DNA of 64,000 bases from Camelus ferus (taxonomy: Eukaryota): positions 28,832,001 to 28,896,000 of the forward strand of contig NC_045696.1 in the NCBI RefSeq assembly GCF_009834535.1, given 5' to 3'. The notes below the pieces were generated by a model. The model made no database searches. It saw only the letters and a program-made list of their open reading frames with translations, and was not told the origin of the DNA. Shown one piece after another: positions 1-14,097 of the stretch (within the stretch, counting starts at the first letter, position 1; every line of letters starts with the position of its first letter). A program made the position numbers and the translations under genes.

Positions 1-1489
1 CTTAAAAATAGCTCTTTCAGGTGCCCCGTGTCATAGTTATTAATTCTTCTGGAATGATTCTATGGAAGGAAATTCCCGTACTGAAGGTCAAATGATCACT
101 AAAAATACTAAAGGAAAGGGCAGGCCTCCCGGTCATCATTTTGCTGCCTCTTGATAACACTCTTTCTCTTCTTGTTCTTTAGTGACTATGAATGTGAATA
201 ATTTATAATTTATAACCAGGGAAAATTCAGAATGAACAATAGTGTCTCCTAAACTTAAATTAGAAAATAGCCAGGTTGATTGTGTTACTCTCCTGAAACA
301 ATTAATGCAGTGTTCTATGAAACCGCTTTTCATTTGAGAATGTCTAGAATGGAAGGAAAATTGAAACAGATATGAAATCTTAAGTAATTCAATTTCATGT
401 AAATTTATGTATGAAACAAAAAGCAGCATGACAATGAAATCTTCTGGGCTTTAATTTGATTCAAGGCCTGATACATATTTTGACCATCTTTTCTTCATGC
501 AAAAAGGGAAATACTCCAGATAGAACAAGTCATTGACTGCCTAATGTACATCAGTCAAACTTGCTAACTTATGATGTTTCTCAAGGGTATTGGCTCTTTG
601 GTACTCGTCAGAAATATAAATGGACAATGTGGCGTGGGTATACTGTGCAATGGAGCAGAGAGGCGTGGCATTCCCTGTGCCATATCCCTTCACTTCAAAC
701 AACTAATTAATGGTCTGCTGTATATCCTGTTTCCTCAAGGGTCAGAGGTATTGTTAAGAATCCGCAATGTTGCCTGTTTAAATTAAAAGAGATGACAGAC
801 AGATTCATCTAGGGTGTTAAGCATAAAGGGAAGATAAAACCCTTGTCTCTCTAGGAAGCGCATGCCAACGAACATGAGCTCAGGAAGCCAAGACATAGTG
901 CCCTTTGGTAAATTTTCATTTATTAAATTTTTAACCCCTTAAGAAAGAAAAATTAAAGGGGGTTCATTCTGAGCAAATAATTTGATATATTTTGCCTGTG
1001 AAGCCACTTCCCTGAATCAATTTCCTGATTAAAACCACTTTGCTATAATCAACAGAATGATTAAAAAAGAAATCACATTTCTAAGAACAGTGTCACCAAT
1101 TTGTAGAATTTTCTTCTCTCTTTTGCTAAGCAAAATACATTATTTAGGTGTGTTTGAATACTGAAGTTTAGAGTTTAGGGCATGTTTAGGTTATAAGAAA
1201 AGAAAATCAGTAAACTTAGGTCAGCTTCATATATTAAATGGGGCAACACTCACAATGAAGTCAAATTTTGCCTTGATATTTACAAAGAAAGCAACTTCTA
1301 ATCGAGCATATGTTAATTATTTTTTGGATTATAAACACTAATAAAAATTGGGATCCTCTTTTTTTCTTTTGTATACTGAGTGTCATTCAATGCTGAGCTA
1401 TCAGGTAGAAGATCAGAGGCGAATGGAATTCAACACAAAATTAATGCTACAAATCTCTTCCATGTGCTAGACATTCCTCTAAGTACTGG

Positions 1490-2080
1490 AACTAATGGCA
1501 GACGTCATGAAGCTTACAGTCTTACAGGAATGATACATAAAAACATAAACGTAAATAAAAATTTAGGTAATTACAAATGGTGTTAAACCATATGAATGAA
1601 ATACAAAGTGTGAATTCATGGTAACTGGAAGAAGTCAGTTTAAATAGTGTTGTCAGAGAGCCCTTGAGAAGGTACCATCTAAACCAAAACCTGAGAGATG
1701 ACAGTGGATCAGTTGTAATAAGAACCATGGAGGGAGACATACTCAGTCCCCCAGCAGAAAGAATGGGTTGGGATGTCTGGGAAACAGAAAGGAAGGCATA
1801 GTAGCTAGAAAATAAGGAGCAAGGACACAAATGGTGAGAAGGAAAGAAAAACAGTCAAATCTTCGAGATAACTGTAACCCATAAAAAGCAGTTTTGGTTT
1901 GTTGATGTTTTTCCCTGAACTCAACGGCAGCCATAGCAGTATATGGGAACGGGTGTGGGCATTCCTGGTTTTGTTTTTAAAAGTTCACTCTGGTTGCTTT
2001 GTGAAAAACTGCAATGGTAGGTGTGTTTCAGTGTATGGTGGGCAGGAGAGTGTGGAAATGGAAGTGACTAGCAAGAAGAG
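1490..2080 (-). mobile_element. L2 LINE fragment (degraded)
   Basis: Purine-rich tract with antisense L2-like motifs (gaagcttacagtct; gaaggtaccatctaaaccaaaacctgagagatga; tttaaaagttcactctggttgctttgtgaaaa). Boundaries approximate. Confidence 0.55.
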
Positions 2081-2809
2081 AAGCAGGGAGACTGAAGTTT
2101 TTGGTATTTTTGTAAACATACAATACCACATTTTAAAAATTTATGTTGAAACTGTCATTTCATTCTCTTTTATTTATTTTTTCCATCTCAAACCAAATAA
2201 TCTACTTGGAAATTCCTTGAAATGCTTTACATTTTTGTCTCTATGCTAGATCATGGCTTCATATTTGTTTACTTACTCTGTTTGGTTGTCGAGTTTTATT
2301 TATTTGGTTCTGCTGAATGTTAATATTTTCAGCAAGTATCTTTGTATATGTTTTCTAATTTAATTCCCAGTATAGCTCAGCAAATTGTGGCTTGTCACCA
2401 TTTCAACAGAAGATTTAGAAACTTTAAAAAGTATCTTGATCTAGACCATAATGCAGAGCTGTAAATACAAAGAGAAGACACTCAGTTTGTATTTGCAAAC
2501 TTTGTTCTCTCTTCTTTGCTAAGTTATCACATCAGATAGAAGAAATAAAAGAAATTGGATTTATCTTATAATTGTTATTTCATATTATGTACTCAGAACC
2601 CTGAACTCCAATGTTTGTACACAGATGGAAGAAATCATAAATCATTAGAACTGTCATTTTATTTGATTAGTGTGAACCTTCAAACCTTTTTTTCTATTGC
2701 AAACCAAATGATGCCATTACATTTAGAAAAACATTAATCAGCAAGGAGAGTTTTTTTTAATGAGACTCAAGACTTCCTATTCACATGAAGAAATAAGTCC
2801 AGAAACTCA

Positions 2810-3800
2810 CCTCAAAATTATTTTTCTTTTACTGTTAATATTATCAGTTGATATTTTAATTTTTTTGTCAATTGTTTTCTGGCTGTTTTTATACTCTCTC
2901 TCTTTTCCTTTCTTTTCCTTCTCTCATCCCTTGTGTTTTGATAGTTTTCTTTAGTGTTATGGTTAGATTCATTTCTCATTTTCTTTTGTGTATTTAAAAT
3001 ACCTATTTTCCTTGTGGTTACCATGTGTTTCACTTATAACATCCTATGCAAATAGAAGCCTATTTCAATTGATAGCAACTTGGATTTGAACCTATTCCAA
3101 AGTTCTGTCTTTTTAATTCTCTCATGTTTTATAATTTTAAATACACATTTTACCTTGTTTTATTTTATGTATCCCTTAACTATTATAATTTCAGTTAATA
3201 TTAGTATTCTTCTTAACATTCATGTTTGCTTTATAAGTGGTTGATCCACTAGCTTGATTATATATGTACCTTTTCCAGTGAGAGTTTTACTTTCACCTAT
3301 TTTCTTATTCCTAGCTCCTGCCACTCCTCTTCAGCTTAAAAAAGTCCCTTAACACTTCTTGGAGGGCCTGTTTAGTATTAATAAACTCTTTTAGCTTTTG
3401 CTTATCTGGGAAACTGCTGATCTCTGCTTCAATTCAAAATGGTAACCTCGCTGCTTAGAGAATTCTTGATTAAAAGTTTTATTTTGTTTTGTTTCCCTTG
3501 CAGGTAACTAGTTGTTCTCTTGCTGCTTTTAGGATTCTCCCTTTATCCTCAACTCTTACCATTTTAATTATAATATGTCCTGGTGTGTGTCTCTTTGGAT
3601 TCCTCTTATTTGGAACTTTCTGGGATTCTTGGACCTAGACATCTCCTTTCTTTCCCCAGATTAGGGGATTTTTCAGCCACTATTTCCTCAAATAATTTTT
3701 CCAGTCCTTTCACTCTCTCTTCTCCTTCTGGGGCCCATATAATGTGAGTGTTATTCCATTTGATGTCCTGAAGTTCTCTTAAGGTATTTTCACTTTTTAA
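2810..3800 (-). mobile_element. Old LINE-1 fragment including ORF1 remnant
   Basis: ORF 3606-3860(-) gives LRELQDIKWNNTHIIWAPEGEERVKGLEKLFEEIVAEKSPNLGKE, resembling the L1 ORF1p segment LRELWDxIKRxNIRIIGVPEGEExEKGxENLFEEIxxENFPNL. T-rich antisense composition. Confidence 0.8.
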
Positions 3801-3829
3801 AATGTATTTTATATTAGGTGTTAATGTGT

Positions 3830-5930
3830 GAAATGTTGGTAGTGATACTTTTTCGTTCATTCCTGGTATTGGTAATCATTGTCTTCTTTCATTTTCCCTT
3901 TGTCCATCCTACTAGCAGTATATTAATTTATTGACCTTTAAAAAAACAGATTTATTTCTTTGAGTTTCCCTTGTTTTCAATATTATTAATTTCTGTTCTT
4001 ATCTCCCTTATTTTCCTTCTTTTAATTGCTTCATTTATTTTTTGTATTCTTTGCCCACTTTCTTAGCATGTAAGCTTATATTATTAACTTGAAAACTTTC
4101 TTCTTTTCTACTATAAGTAATGAATGCTGTGTGTTTCCAAATCTGTATTGATTTAGCTATATCTCATAAGTAATTATATGTTGTATTTTTATTTTTATCA
4201 GATTTATATTTTTTTGAAAGTTTCTCTTTATTTCGTGGATTATTTACAAATGTTGGCTAATTTCTAAATATATGAAGATGTTTCTACTGTTATTCTGGTA
4301 TTGACTCCACTTTAATTTCATCATAATCAAAGAACATGAAATGATTTTAATTATCTATTAAGTTTTGTTTTATAAACCAGATATGGTCTACCCTAGAGAA
4401 TATATGTGTATGTTTAAAGGCATATTGTTGGATAGAGTGTTTCAGAAATATGAATGAAGTGGAGATGTTGTTCATCATTTTTTGTCTATTTTGCTGATTT
4501 TGTTTACTAGTTCCAGTAATTAAGAGTTTTGAAGTCTCCAGTACTTATATCCGTGGGTTTGTTTATTTGTACTTTCAATTTTTATTTTCTATATTTTAAA
4601 ATTATTTTGTTTGACATACACACATTTAAGATTATTAACGGTAACTTAACCCATTTACCATTATTCAATATATCATTATCTCAATGATATCAATGTATCA
4701 TTATCATTATTTAATTACCTTCTTTTTCCTTATGATTTATTGGGCTCTCAAGTCTTTTTATCTGACATTTATACAGCCACCTCAGCCTTTTTAATTTTTT
4801 TATTGGTGTTTGCATGATATAGGACCCCCTATCTTTTTACTTTTTTTCCTACTGATAGCATTATATTTGAAATGAGTTTCCTTAAATAGCATGTATTTGC
4901 ATCATTGTTTAATCCAGTCTGTCATTTTCTCACTGTAATTCATGTGTTTAAATTATTTATAATAAATGTAATTGTTAATATGTTTTGATTTATATATACT
5001 ATTCTACCTTTCATTTCATTTGTTCTCTCTTTTTGACTTTCTTTTCCCCTTTACTGCCATCTTCTCAGTATATGAACTTTTTAGCTTTTCATATTAATAT
5101 ATTCTGTTTTATTTTCTTCTGTATATATTTTTATATATTATTTGTCTTTGTAGATGATCTATAGATCACAGCATATATACTTAATTTACCTCATCTACTT
5201 AGGATCAACATTTTAGTAGTTGAAGTGGAATGTAGGAACATCACCACCATATAGGTCTCTTTACATCCGTTTATGTTGCAGGTGCCTTATATGTTATATC
5301 CTTGAATATTAGCAATTTCACCAAATATTGTTGTAATTTTATTTTCAACCAACAAACATACTGTAAAGAGATCAAGAGGAAAGGAACATTTTATCAGATT
5401 TAGCCAAATATATACCATTTCTTTTGCCCTTTCTTCATTTTTGGTATTCCAAGTTTCCTTTTGGTTTTGTTTTCCTTCTTTTTGAAGAATTTCTTTCAGT
5501 AATTCCTTCAGAACAGGTCTGCTGGCATAAAATTCTTACTTTGTGTATCTTATTCTTTTATTCAATCTCATTCCTAAAGGATATTTTTGCTAAATATATT
5601 ATTTATATTTATTTATATATTTTGCTAAATAGCATTCTAGGTAAAAATTTTTTTTTTTAATTTGGATATATTAGAATGATACTTTTGGTCTTCATGGGTT
5701 CTGATAAAAAATGCAGTCATTCAAATAATGATTCCCTCCTAAGTAGTGTATTGTGGTTGTATAATTAATTGCTTTTAATAATTTTTCTTTGTCCTTAATT
5801 TTCATCTCTTTGATTACAATGTTCTGGATGTATATTTCTGTGAAGTATCCTATTTGGAGTTTTCTGAGTTTCTTAATCTGTTTATGTGATTTAGTTTATT
5901 CACCAAATGTGAGAAGCTTTCAGCATTTAT
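3830..5930 (-). mobile_element. Old LINE-1 (L1M-type) fragment: 5' ORF2, inter-ORF and part of ORF1
   Basis: T-rich antisense L1 motifs (atatggtctaccctagagaat; tgttggatagagtgtt; ttgaagtctcca; tcaccaaatgtgagaagctttcagcatt). No open frame. Confidence 0.7.
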
Positions 5931-6789
5931 TTTATATATACTCAATCACATACTTCATTTTCATATAACTGAAAGTTGGTAAAATAATAGGGCTAATTGA
6001 ATGTAATCATTATTTTGCATTACTGTCTGTTTAATGGACAGTTATAGTTAGTGAGTTACAAAATAGACATTCATAATTAATAATTATTTGTTATTCCATA
6101 TTATATACATATATAGATTCCTTTATTTTAGGAAAATTACTAATTATGTTATAAACATGACTTTCACATAAGTCCTATTGAAAAGAATGTCAAATAAAAC
6201 AAATATTCTTACGTCATTACAGTTCTTTGATTTTTAAAATTAAATTTATTTTAGCTAAACCTCTTCTACAAAGGCAATAGCAATAGGCAATATTAAGAAA
6301 ATACTTAAACACTATTAAGATTCATAAATAAATCATGAATTATGTATTAGAACAAATAATGTAACAAACTGGTAACATATGGATATGTCTAATAATCTCA
6401 GAAAACACTGAAAAAATTTTTAATATTATATTTTGGACTGGTAATTTTTCTGAAGCTCTTTGACCTGGATCTCACATATTGGATGAAATAAACTTTTTAC
6501 CTCCAAACTCAAAATATTAGACCAGAAATCACTGTAAGAGTTTAACAAAAACTACAGGGTCTGGATCTGGGGGCAGTCATGCCTCTGAGATGACCAGATG
6601 AAGGATGCTAAGACCACTACGAGGCAGCCAAGTGTCTGGGGCAGCAAAGTTACCAACACAGATTCTATGTTTTTAAAAGTATAAACTCTTGGTTAAAAAG
6701 AGTACAGTCAACAGCACTCAGGTAAAGATATGGTTTCATTCAAAATGAGAAATAGTTGTACTTTCAAAAAAAGGCAAAACCAGCCAGTG

Positions 6790-6995
6790 GTAGATTATAG
6801 AATGGATACTCCTTAATAACTCTGTGATCTTGGGGAAATGACGCATTCTCTTGGAGCACATTCTCAATTTATTTATTGGCAAAATGAAAATTACAGTAGC
6901 ACTTACTTGAGATATTAAGAGGGATTATTAAATTCAAGCATGTAAATGTTTAGCTCAATGTTTAAATCATAATAAACATTCAGTAAATGCTCACT
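6790..6995 (+). mobile_element. MIR SINE (degraded)
   Basis: ctgtgatcttggggaaatgac...ggcaaaatgaaaattacagtagcacttac...taaacattcagtaaatg matches the MIR core and tail. Confidence 0.6.
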
Positions 6996-7992
6996 CTTAT
7001 CAAGACCTCAGTTTAGGAAGAACTGTGACCCATCTTCCCTGGGCAGAGAAATAATATATCTTGCTTTCCTACTACCCTGTTGCTTATCTTTAAAATACTC
7101 CAAGCAAAGTGTGGTATAGCTATAAATCTTTTATGCAGTCTTAGACATTTTAATAAGAGGTAAAATATGAAAACAGGATTTTCTCCCTCGTGCAAAAAAA
7201 AAAGGGAGGGGCAAGTAGATAAATGCATCTTTGAAAACAGAGAAAGCCCTAAAGAATTTGAGTCAGAAGTACTACAAAACTTCTCTGATTTGTTTATTTC
7301 ATATATCGATCATGGTTATCTTTGCATGTGTGGTTTAGAACAAATAATATTCCAAGGAATTCAATTTGTTGCAGAAGATTACTTTCTTAGGTCTTCCTTT
7401 CACATTTTATTCATCAAATAACCTCCCTATCATTAGGAATTTTCTCTAAGACATTATCCAATTGATGAGCAGTATCTTTCAGTATTCGGCTAGAAGTTTG
7501 TTGAAATTATTATCTGTTTTCTGTGTCTGTACTCACTTGCCTTAAATAATGGACACTCATAGGAAAACAACCTGGAATTATGCCAATAAAACAAACATTT
7601 CATATAACTATAATAACAGGTACGTCTATTTAAAAAGCAGCTTTCTAAATATTCACATTTTGATAATGTGTATGTGCTGTGAGTATGTATGAAATATGTA
7701 TATACATATAACCCTCCTCTCTAATCTCAAATTCACAGATGTGATAACCAAGTGAAAGCCTCCATTCGAATGTAAACCTGAGAGGCTTCTTTCAATCTGC
7801 TGCCCATCTTCCTATACTGGATCCCAGACATCATGAGAGGAACTGATTCACATTTATTTCCCCTTTGCAGTCCAGCCCTTTCATGGAACCCACAACTCTT
7901 CAGTGATTTCCACTTCCAGCTGTGTCCTATCCACCCCTCTCCATGGTCCTTCCATTCCTCCCTGGGTACTCTGAACTATAGTGATGCATTAG

Positions 7993-8092
7993 NNNNNNNN
8001 NNNNNNNNNNNNNNNNNNNNNNNNNNNNNNNNNNNNNNNNNNNNNNNNNNNNNNNNNNNNNNNNNNNNNNNNNNNNNNNNNNNNNNNNNNNN
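7993..8092. other. Assembly gap (100 N)
   Basis: Run of exactly 100 N. Confidence 1.
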
Positions 8093-8680
8093 ATACTGCT
8101 CATGAAGTTGACATTGACCTCCTGGCTGAGTTAAGAAAGTGTTTGTCAGGATTCCCCACTGTAAAGTTACTATTCCCATGTGCCCTCCACACACACTTCA
8201 TACTATATTCTTTAAAAGAAAGTCATTATGTGCAGCCCATGTTTAAGGACTGGGAGCTATGCTTCAGTTCCTCAAGGGTGAAGTATCTACATAAATTATT
8301 TGGAATGATTCTTCATGGGGCATTTGTCTATTAAACCCTATTTATGTATTCAATCGTTTCTTTATAACAGTGTAGACACATGAATATTTATTTTATACTT
8401 TGGGTGAAAATCTAATACAATTTTATTTATTTTGCTGTTCAAATTGTTCCCATGTTGACCATTAGGAGGTCTTTATCCATCTCCTATGTCCCTTGGATAT
8501 ACCTCTATCATTGTGTGTGTGTGTTAATTTTTAACCTTTCCTTACTTTTTGGCATGAGTTGATACTCCAGCATTATCTTGTATATTTTACATCCCAGTCA
8601 TATATTTTATATCATCAGCCATTTTTCTAAAGAGTCCTGTTTCCTTTATTGGCAAATGGTATTAGAAATCATGAATTAGG

Positions 8681-8805
8681 AGGAGGAGGATATAGCTCAG
8701 TGGTAGAGTGCTTGCCTAGCATACACAAGGTCCCAGTTTCAATTCCCAGTACCTCCATTAAATAAATAAAAACCTAATTACTCCCCAAAAAGTAAAAAAA
8801 AAAAA
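8681..8805 (+). mobile_element. tRNA-derived SINE (camelid-type), inserted in the L1
   Basis: Pol III A box tagctcagtgg (8693-8703), B box gtttcaattcc (8736-8746), aataaa...aacctaattactcccc tail and poly(A). 17-bp TSD agaaatcatgaa[t/a]tagg at 8664-8680 and 8806-8822. Confidence 0.9.
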
Positions 8806-8879
8806 AGAAATCATGAAATAGGCCCTGGTTTGCTCATTGTGACTGAGATCACAATCATTTGGATTACAGGGCAGGGAAA

Positions 8880-8899
8880 TACACACACACACACACACA
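8880..8899. repeat. (CA)n microsatellite
   Basis: tacacacacacacacacaca. Confidence 0.9.
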
Positions 8900-11800
8900 A
8901 GTCCATGTGTACACATCTGTCTGTCTATTTTATCTATCTAGATATTTCTGTGTATAATTGACTGTATTTACATTTAGCTAAACATAAGTTATTGTATAAC
9001 TTGAATCTATTATCATGTGTATCATTCTAGCCTACACCCCTTCCTTTTCTTTCAGTGAGAAATTTGACTCCAACCACCCATTCCAGCATACATGTATAGA
9101 AGTGCAAAACTGTTAACTCACACTCCTGTGGGATGCTACTTTATCAACTAGAGTATAATGCTGATGTGCTGTTTACTTTCACTTTAATTTCAAAGTCTCC
9201 ACTCAGATATTAACCTCTGTCCTGTGACTTGCTATACTGATTTATTAATTTTAGGAGGTTTTTGGTTTTTTTTTTTTTTTTTTTGGTTAATTTTTGGAAC
9301 TTTCTATATACACAATCATGTCTTTTGCAAATTAATTTAATTTTTTTCCCAAATTTTTTATTTCCTTCCAATTTATTTTGTTTTTGCTTCTTGATGTATT
9401 AGGTAAGACTTCCAGTATAATTTCGAATAAGAATGGTGAGAGAAGACATCCTTGCCCTGTTCTCAATCTTAGGTGGAATATGTCTATTTTCTAAGCATCA
9501 TGTCAACTGTAAACTTTTTGTAGATATGGTTTATAGAGTTGAGGAAGCTTTCCTCTAGTCTCAACTGAGAATTTTGATCATGAATAAGTTTTAGATTTTG
9601 TCAAATGCTTTTTTGAAACTACTGATGTGACAATAAAATTTTTCTTTTTTAACCTGTTGATGTGGTGGATTACACTGATTTTCAGATATTGAATCAGTAT
9701 TGTATCGGTGGACTACATCCACTTAGTCATGGTATGTAATTCTACTTATACATTGATGGGTTCTACATGTTAATATATTATAGAAGATGTTTGCATTCAT
9801 GTTTCTGAGACATATTGATCTGTATGTTACTTTTCTTATAACATCTTAATCTGGTTGTGGTATTAGGGTCATGTTGAATGTTGAACTCAGAATGAAATCT
9901 ATATTTTGGAAAAGTTCGTATAGAACTTGTATCATTTCTTTCTTAAATTTTTGGTAAAATCTATCAGTGAAACCATCTAGTCCTGGTGCTTTCTTTTTAT
10001 GAAAATTTATCATTGATTCAATCCTCTTAAGGATACTATCACAGTCACATTATCTATTTCTCTTTAATTTTTTTGAGACCTAATCTTTAACTCATGTGTT
10101 ATTTAAAATTTTGTTGTTTAACCTCCAATTATTTTGGATTTTCCAGCTGTATTAGATTTCTAGTTTGATTTCATTATGACCTCAGAATATAATTTGTAGG
10201 ATTTCTATAACTTTAAATTTATTAAGCTCTGTTTTATAGCCCTGGATGTAGTGTATCTTGGCAAATTTGTCATGTAAATTTGAGAAGAATGTGTTTTCTG
10301 TGGTTATTGGATGGGATTTTCTACAAGTGTCAATTAGATCAAGGTGACTGATATGTTGTTCAGGTCAACTATATCTTTACTTATTTTCTGCCTACCCGAT
10401 CTTTCAACCACTGAAAGACAGATGTAGTTTACAAGTATGTTAATACATTTGCCTGTTTTTCTTGTCTGTTATATCAGTTTTTGGCTCATGTGTTTTGGTG
10501 CTCTGTTTTTGAGTGCATACATTTTTTAGAATTGTTCCATAAATGGGAAGAATTAACACCTTAGTCATTATGTAATATTCCTTTTTATTCTTAATATTTT
10601 TCCTATTTTGAAGCCTGCTTTTTCTGAAATTGATATAACTACTACAGATTTCTTTTGATTAGTGTTAGTATGCTATGGTTTTCTCCTTTCCTTTACTTTA
10701 AATCTAATAGTGTCTTTATATTTAAAGTGGGTTACTTATAGATGAATTGAATCTAATTTTCTAATTCTCTCTGACAATCTCTCTCCTTTAAGTATAGACA
10801 ATTCACATTAAGAGATTACTTCTAAATTTTGATTAATATATAACATGTTTTTAAGTATTTTCTATTTATTGAATTTGTTTATTTTGCACCTCTTTTTCTG
10901 CTTTCTCTGGTTTTAATTAACTATTTTATATTATTCTATTTTATTTCCTTTCTTATATCAATCATACTTCTTTTTAAACACTTTTAGTAATTTCCTTAGA
11001 GTTTTTATCTTACATTTTAAATTAATCTGTTATCATCAAATAATAGTATATCCCTTCATGTATATGCAGATACTTTATAACAAACTATACTTGATTACTT
11101 TTTTGTTTTATGACTATTGTCATACATTTTCAATATCTATATGTTGTAATCATCTAATCTGCTGTTATTGTTACACCTTACAAAAACATGAATTTCTAGA
11201 GATTTAACTTTCTGATTTATCTCCCTTTCTCCTTATCGGAAAAACTTCTTTTAAAACATCATTTTCAGGTCACATCTGCTAGTGATAAAGTCTTTCCATT
11301 TTTGTTTGTTTGACAAAATCTTTATATTTATTCCATTTTGAAGGCCAGTTTTCCTTTTTCAGAGTTGTAGGCTGTTATTTTTAGTTTATCACTCTATATA
11401 TTTTTATTCCACTTCCTTCTTTCTTACATGTTGAGAAGTCCACTGTGATTCTTCCACTGTGGTTCTTCCACTATTGGTGAGAGTCCTCAGCCTCAACTCT
11501 GGCTTTTTTCAAGATTTTCTCTTTGTCTTTGGTTTATTTCAGTTTCAATATGGTAGGTGTAGATATTTTGCGTTTATCCTGCTTGGTTTTCTCTGAGTGC
11601 CTTAGATTCGTAATGAAGCGTCTGTCACCAATTTGGGGAAGTTATTAGCCATTACTATTTCAAGTATTTCTTTTACTTCATTTTCTCTTTCTTTTCCTTC
11701 TGCTATTCCAATTACACATAAATTATACCTTTGGGGATTGTTATCCTACGATTCTTGGGTGTTCTGTTTGTTTTGTTTTGTTTTGTTTTGTTTTCACTCT

Positions 11801-13531
11801 TTCTGCATATCATTTGGAAAGTTACTATTGACTTATCTTCAAGCTTACTAGTCTTTTCCCTGGCCATGTCCTGTCTAGTGACGAGCCCATCAAGGCATTC
11901 TTCTTTTCTGTTACTATGTTTCTTAAAATTATTTTAAATTTTCTTTTGAGCCTTTCTTAATTTCCATTTCTCTGCTTATATTGCTACATTTTCTTGAACG
12001 TTTTCTATTTTTCCATTAGAGCTCTTAAAATATTAAACTGATCTTCAATTCCCCATTTAATTATTTCAATATGTATGTCATATCTGAGTCTGGTTGGGAT
12101 AGTCACTTTGTTTTTATGGACTGTGTTTTCTTATGCTTTTGGTATGCCTAGAAGTGTATTGTTGAAAGCCAGACATGATGTAGAGTGTAATAGGAACAGA
12201 GGTTAATAGCCCTTTATTTTGAGGTTTTATGTTCATCTGTTTAGGAGTGGTGCTTTGTTGTTGTAACTGTAGATGCCAGAGACTTAAAACTTTCTTAGGA
12301 TTCTTTTTGTATATCCCATTTTCTTTGAGCTTCTTCAGGTATTCCTTCTAAAAAGAGTATATGATATGCAACACTTTTGGCTATACTCCTTTGTTATTTT
12401 ATGTGAATTTTGTTGGTACAGTGGTAAGGCGCAGAGGAGGGGACACATCTATAATCTCATAAGTAAATCTCAGTTTTTAGTTAGTTTGTGTCCCTGAGCT
12501 GTGACTTTTTCTAATGTTTCTTTTTTTCCCCTTCCTAGCTGAGAGAGGAAGGCTACAGGGGGCTGGAGTAGGAGAAACGCCCTTCCCAATGTTCTGATAG
12601 TCTTTTCCCTTACAGAGTAAGTCTTTGTTAATGAGAATTACCTGGGCATATTTCATAATGGCTTTGAGGTGGTGTTATGTGCTGCATTCTCAGTTCTTTG
12701 ATGGTTCAAGAAATTACATCTATTTTTAGTTTGCTCACTTTTTCTCATAGTAAGGATGAAAGTGATAACTACAGAGCTCTTTGTATGTTGAAGCTGAAAA
12801 CCAGAAGTCTTAAATATTTTAGGCAAGAAAAAAAAAAAAACTCAAAATGAAATTCACTCCCTTAGCTTTTAGTTTGTTTATTTGTTTTTATTTTTCCTTT
12901 CAGTGATGTAATTATCAAGTGACAAATGCCTTCCAGGCATGTTTCCCATTTTGGGGGGAGTGGTCTCATCCTAATATCTCCCCACATCATGAAAATTTGA
13001 AACTCTGCAAGCATTATGCAGTTTGATGGATCTGCCACTCCCTACAGAGAAGTATCACTAAACAGTGTTAAAGAAATATCCCTCCTCTGAAAAATAATTT
13101 TGTTTCACATTTCATTATTGAAATTGCATTTTGCCCTCCAGAGAAGCCATTCATTAAAGCAGTCACTGGTAAGATTTATTTTTCAAATATGGAAATCTAG
13201 AATTGCAAGACTTATGCTTCATTTTGTATAACCAATGCACAAATGCATAAATATAAATAAAAGTGAAATGATACTTTCCAAATAACAGATCTGAGAGAAC
13301 TATGAGCATGACATCACCAATCAACATTTGCTTGATTTAAAGATAAAATTTCCATGTATATGGCACTCAGAACTAACTAGGATTCATGAAGGATATAAAA
13401 AAGTTCATCAACCACTTACATAATTAAAAAAAAATCTTACCAACAAAAAAAGTTTGCAAAGCATTACTGCAAGTCAAAGCAAGCAGGATTTTCAGAGCAT
13501 GAATAAAACCACATTTGCATTTTTAATAGCG

Positions 13532-14097
13532 TTATTAGTTTTCTATTGCTATATAACCAATTACCACAACCTAGCAATTTAAACAACATGTGTTTATTAT
13601 CTCAGAGTGTCTGCGCATCAGAATTTTGAGCTTGTGTTTTCTGGTGTCTTACAAAGTCTTATAAAGCTGCAATCTAACTGTCAGCTAAGCTACATTCATT
13701 TCTGGAAATTGGGATCTTCTTTAAAAATCATATAGTTATTATTTTGATCTCTGGTTGACTGAGGCCCCCATTCTTTTCTCACTGGAACTCTCAGTTCCTA
13801 GAGGTCACATGGAGTTCCTTGCCACATCTCCCCTCCATAGGCTCTTTCACACTTTGAATATCTTCTTCAGGAAGAGCTCAGATTCTTATGTTGACACACC
13901 TGGTGAGGTCATTCCTACCCAGAATAATCTTCCTTTTTCTTTACTCGAAGTCAACTCTTATATGATGAAACGTAGTTATGGGATAGAGACCCTATCAGAT
14001 TCACAAGCTATGTCCTCATTTAAGGGAAGGGGATTATCTCAGGTGTATATACTAAGAAATGGAATCTTGAGCACCATTTAAAAATTCTGCCTCCATA
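13532..14097 (-). mobile_element. MaLR (MLT1-family) solo LTR
   Basis: Starts tattagttttctattgctatataaccaattaccacaacctagcaatttaaacaac and ends ggaatcttgagcaccatttaaaaattctgcctccata, the typical antisense MLT1 termini. Confidence 0.8.

Larger units (their letters stand above)
8093..12810 (-). mobile_element. Internally deleted old LINE-1 (L1MC/L1MD-like): 3'UTR, ORF2 and ORF1 remnants and 5' end
   Basis: 3'UTR-like 8093-9200. ORF2 antisense motifs (gaataagaatggtgagagaagacatccttgccctgttc; tcagtgaaaccatctagtcctgg; ttgagaagaatgtgttttctg). ORF1-like 11300-12100. 5' terminus (revcomp gacttctggttttcagcttcaacatacaaagagc) resembles L1M 5' ends. Confidence 0.8.

Noticed and set aside
7833..8194. ORFs crossing the N run (also 38765-39004)
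   Set aside because: Their length is created by the 100-N gaps.
8681..8760. Possible tRNA gene
   Set aside because: A/B boxes are followed by a SINE tail, poly(A) and a TSD. It is a SINE.
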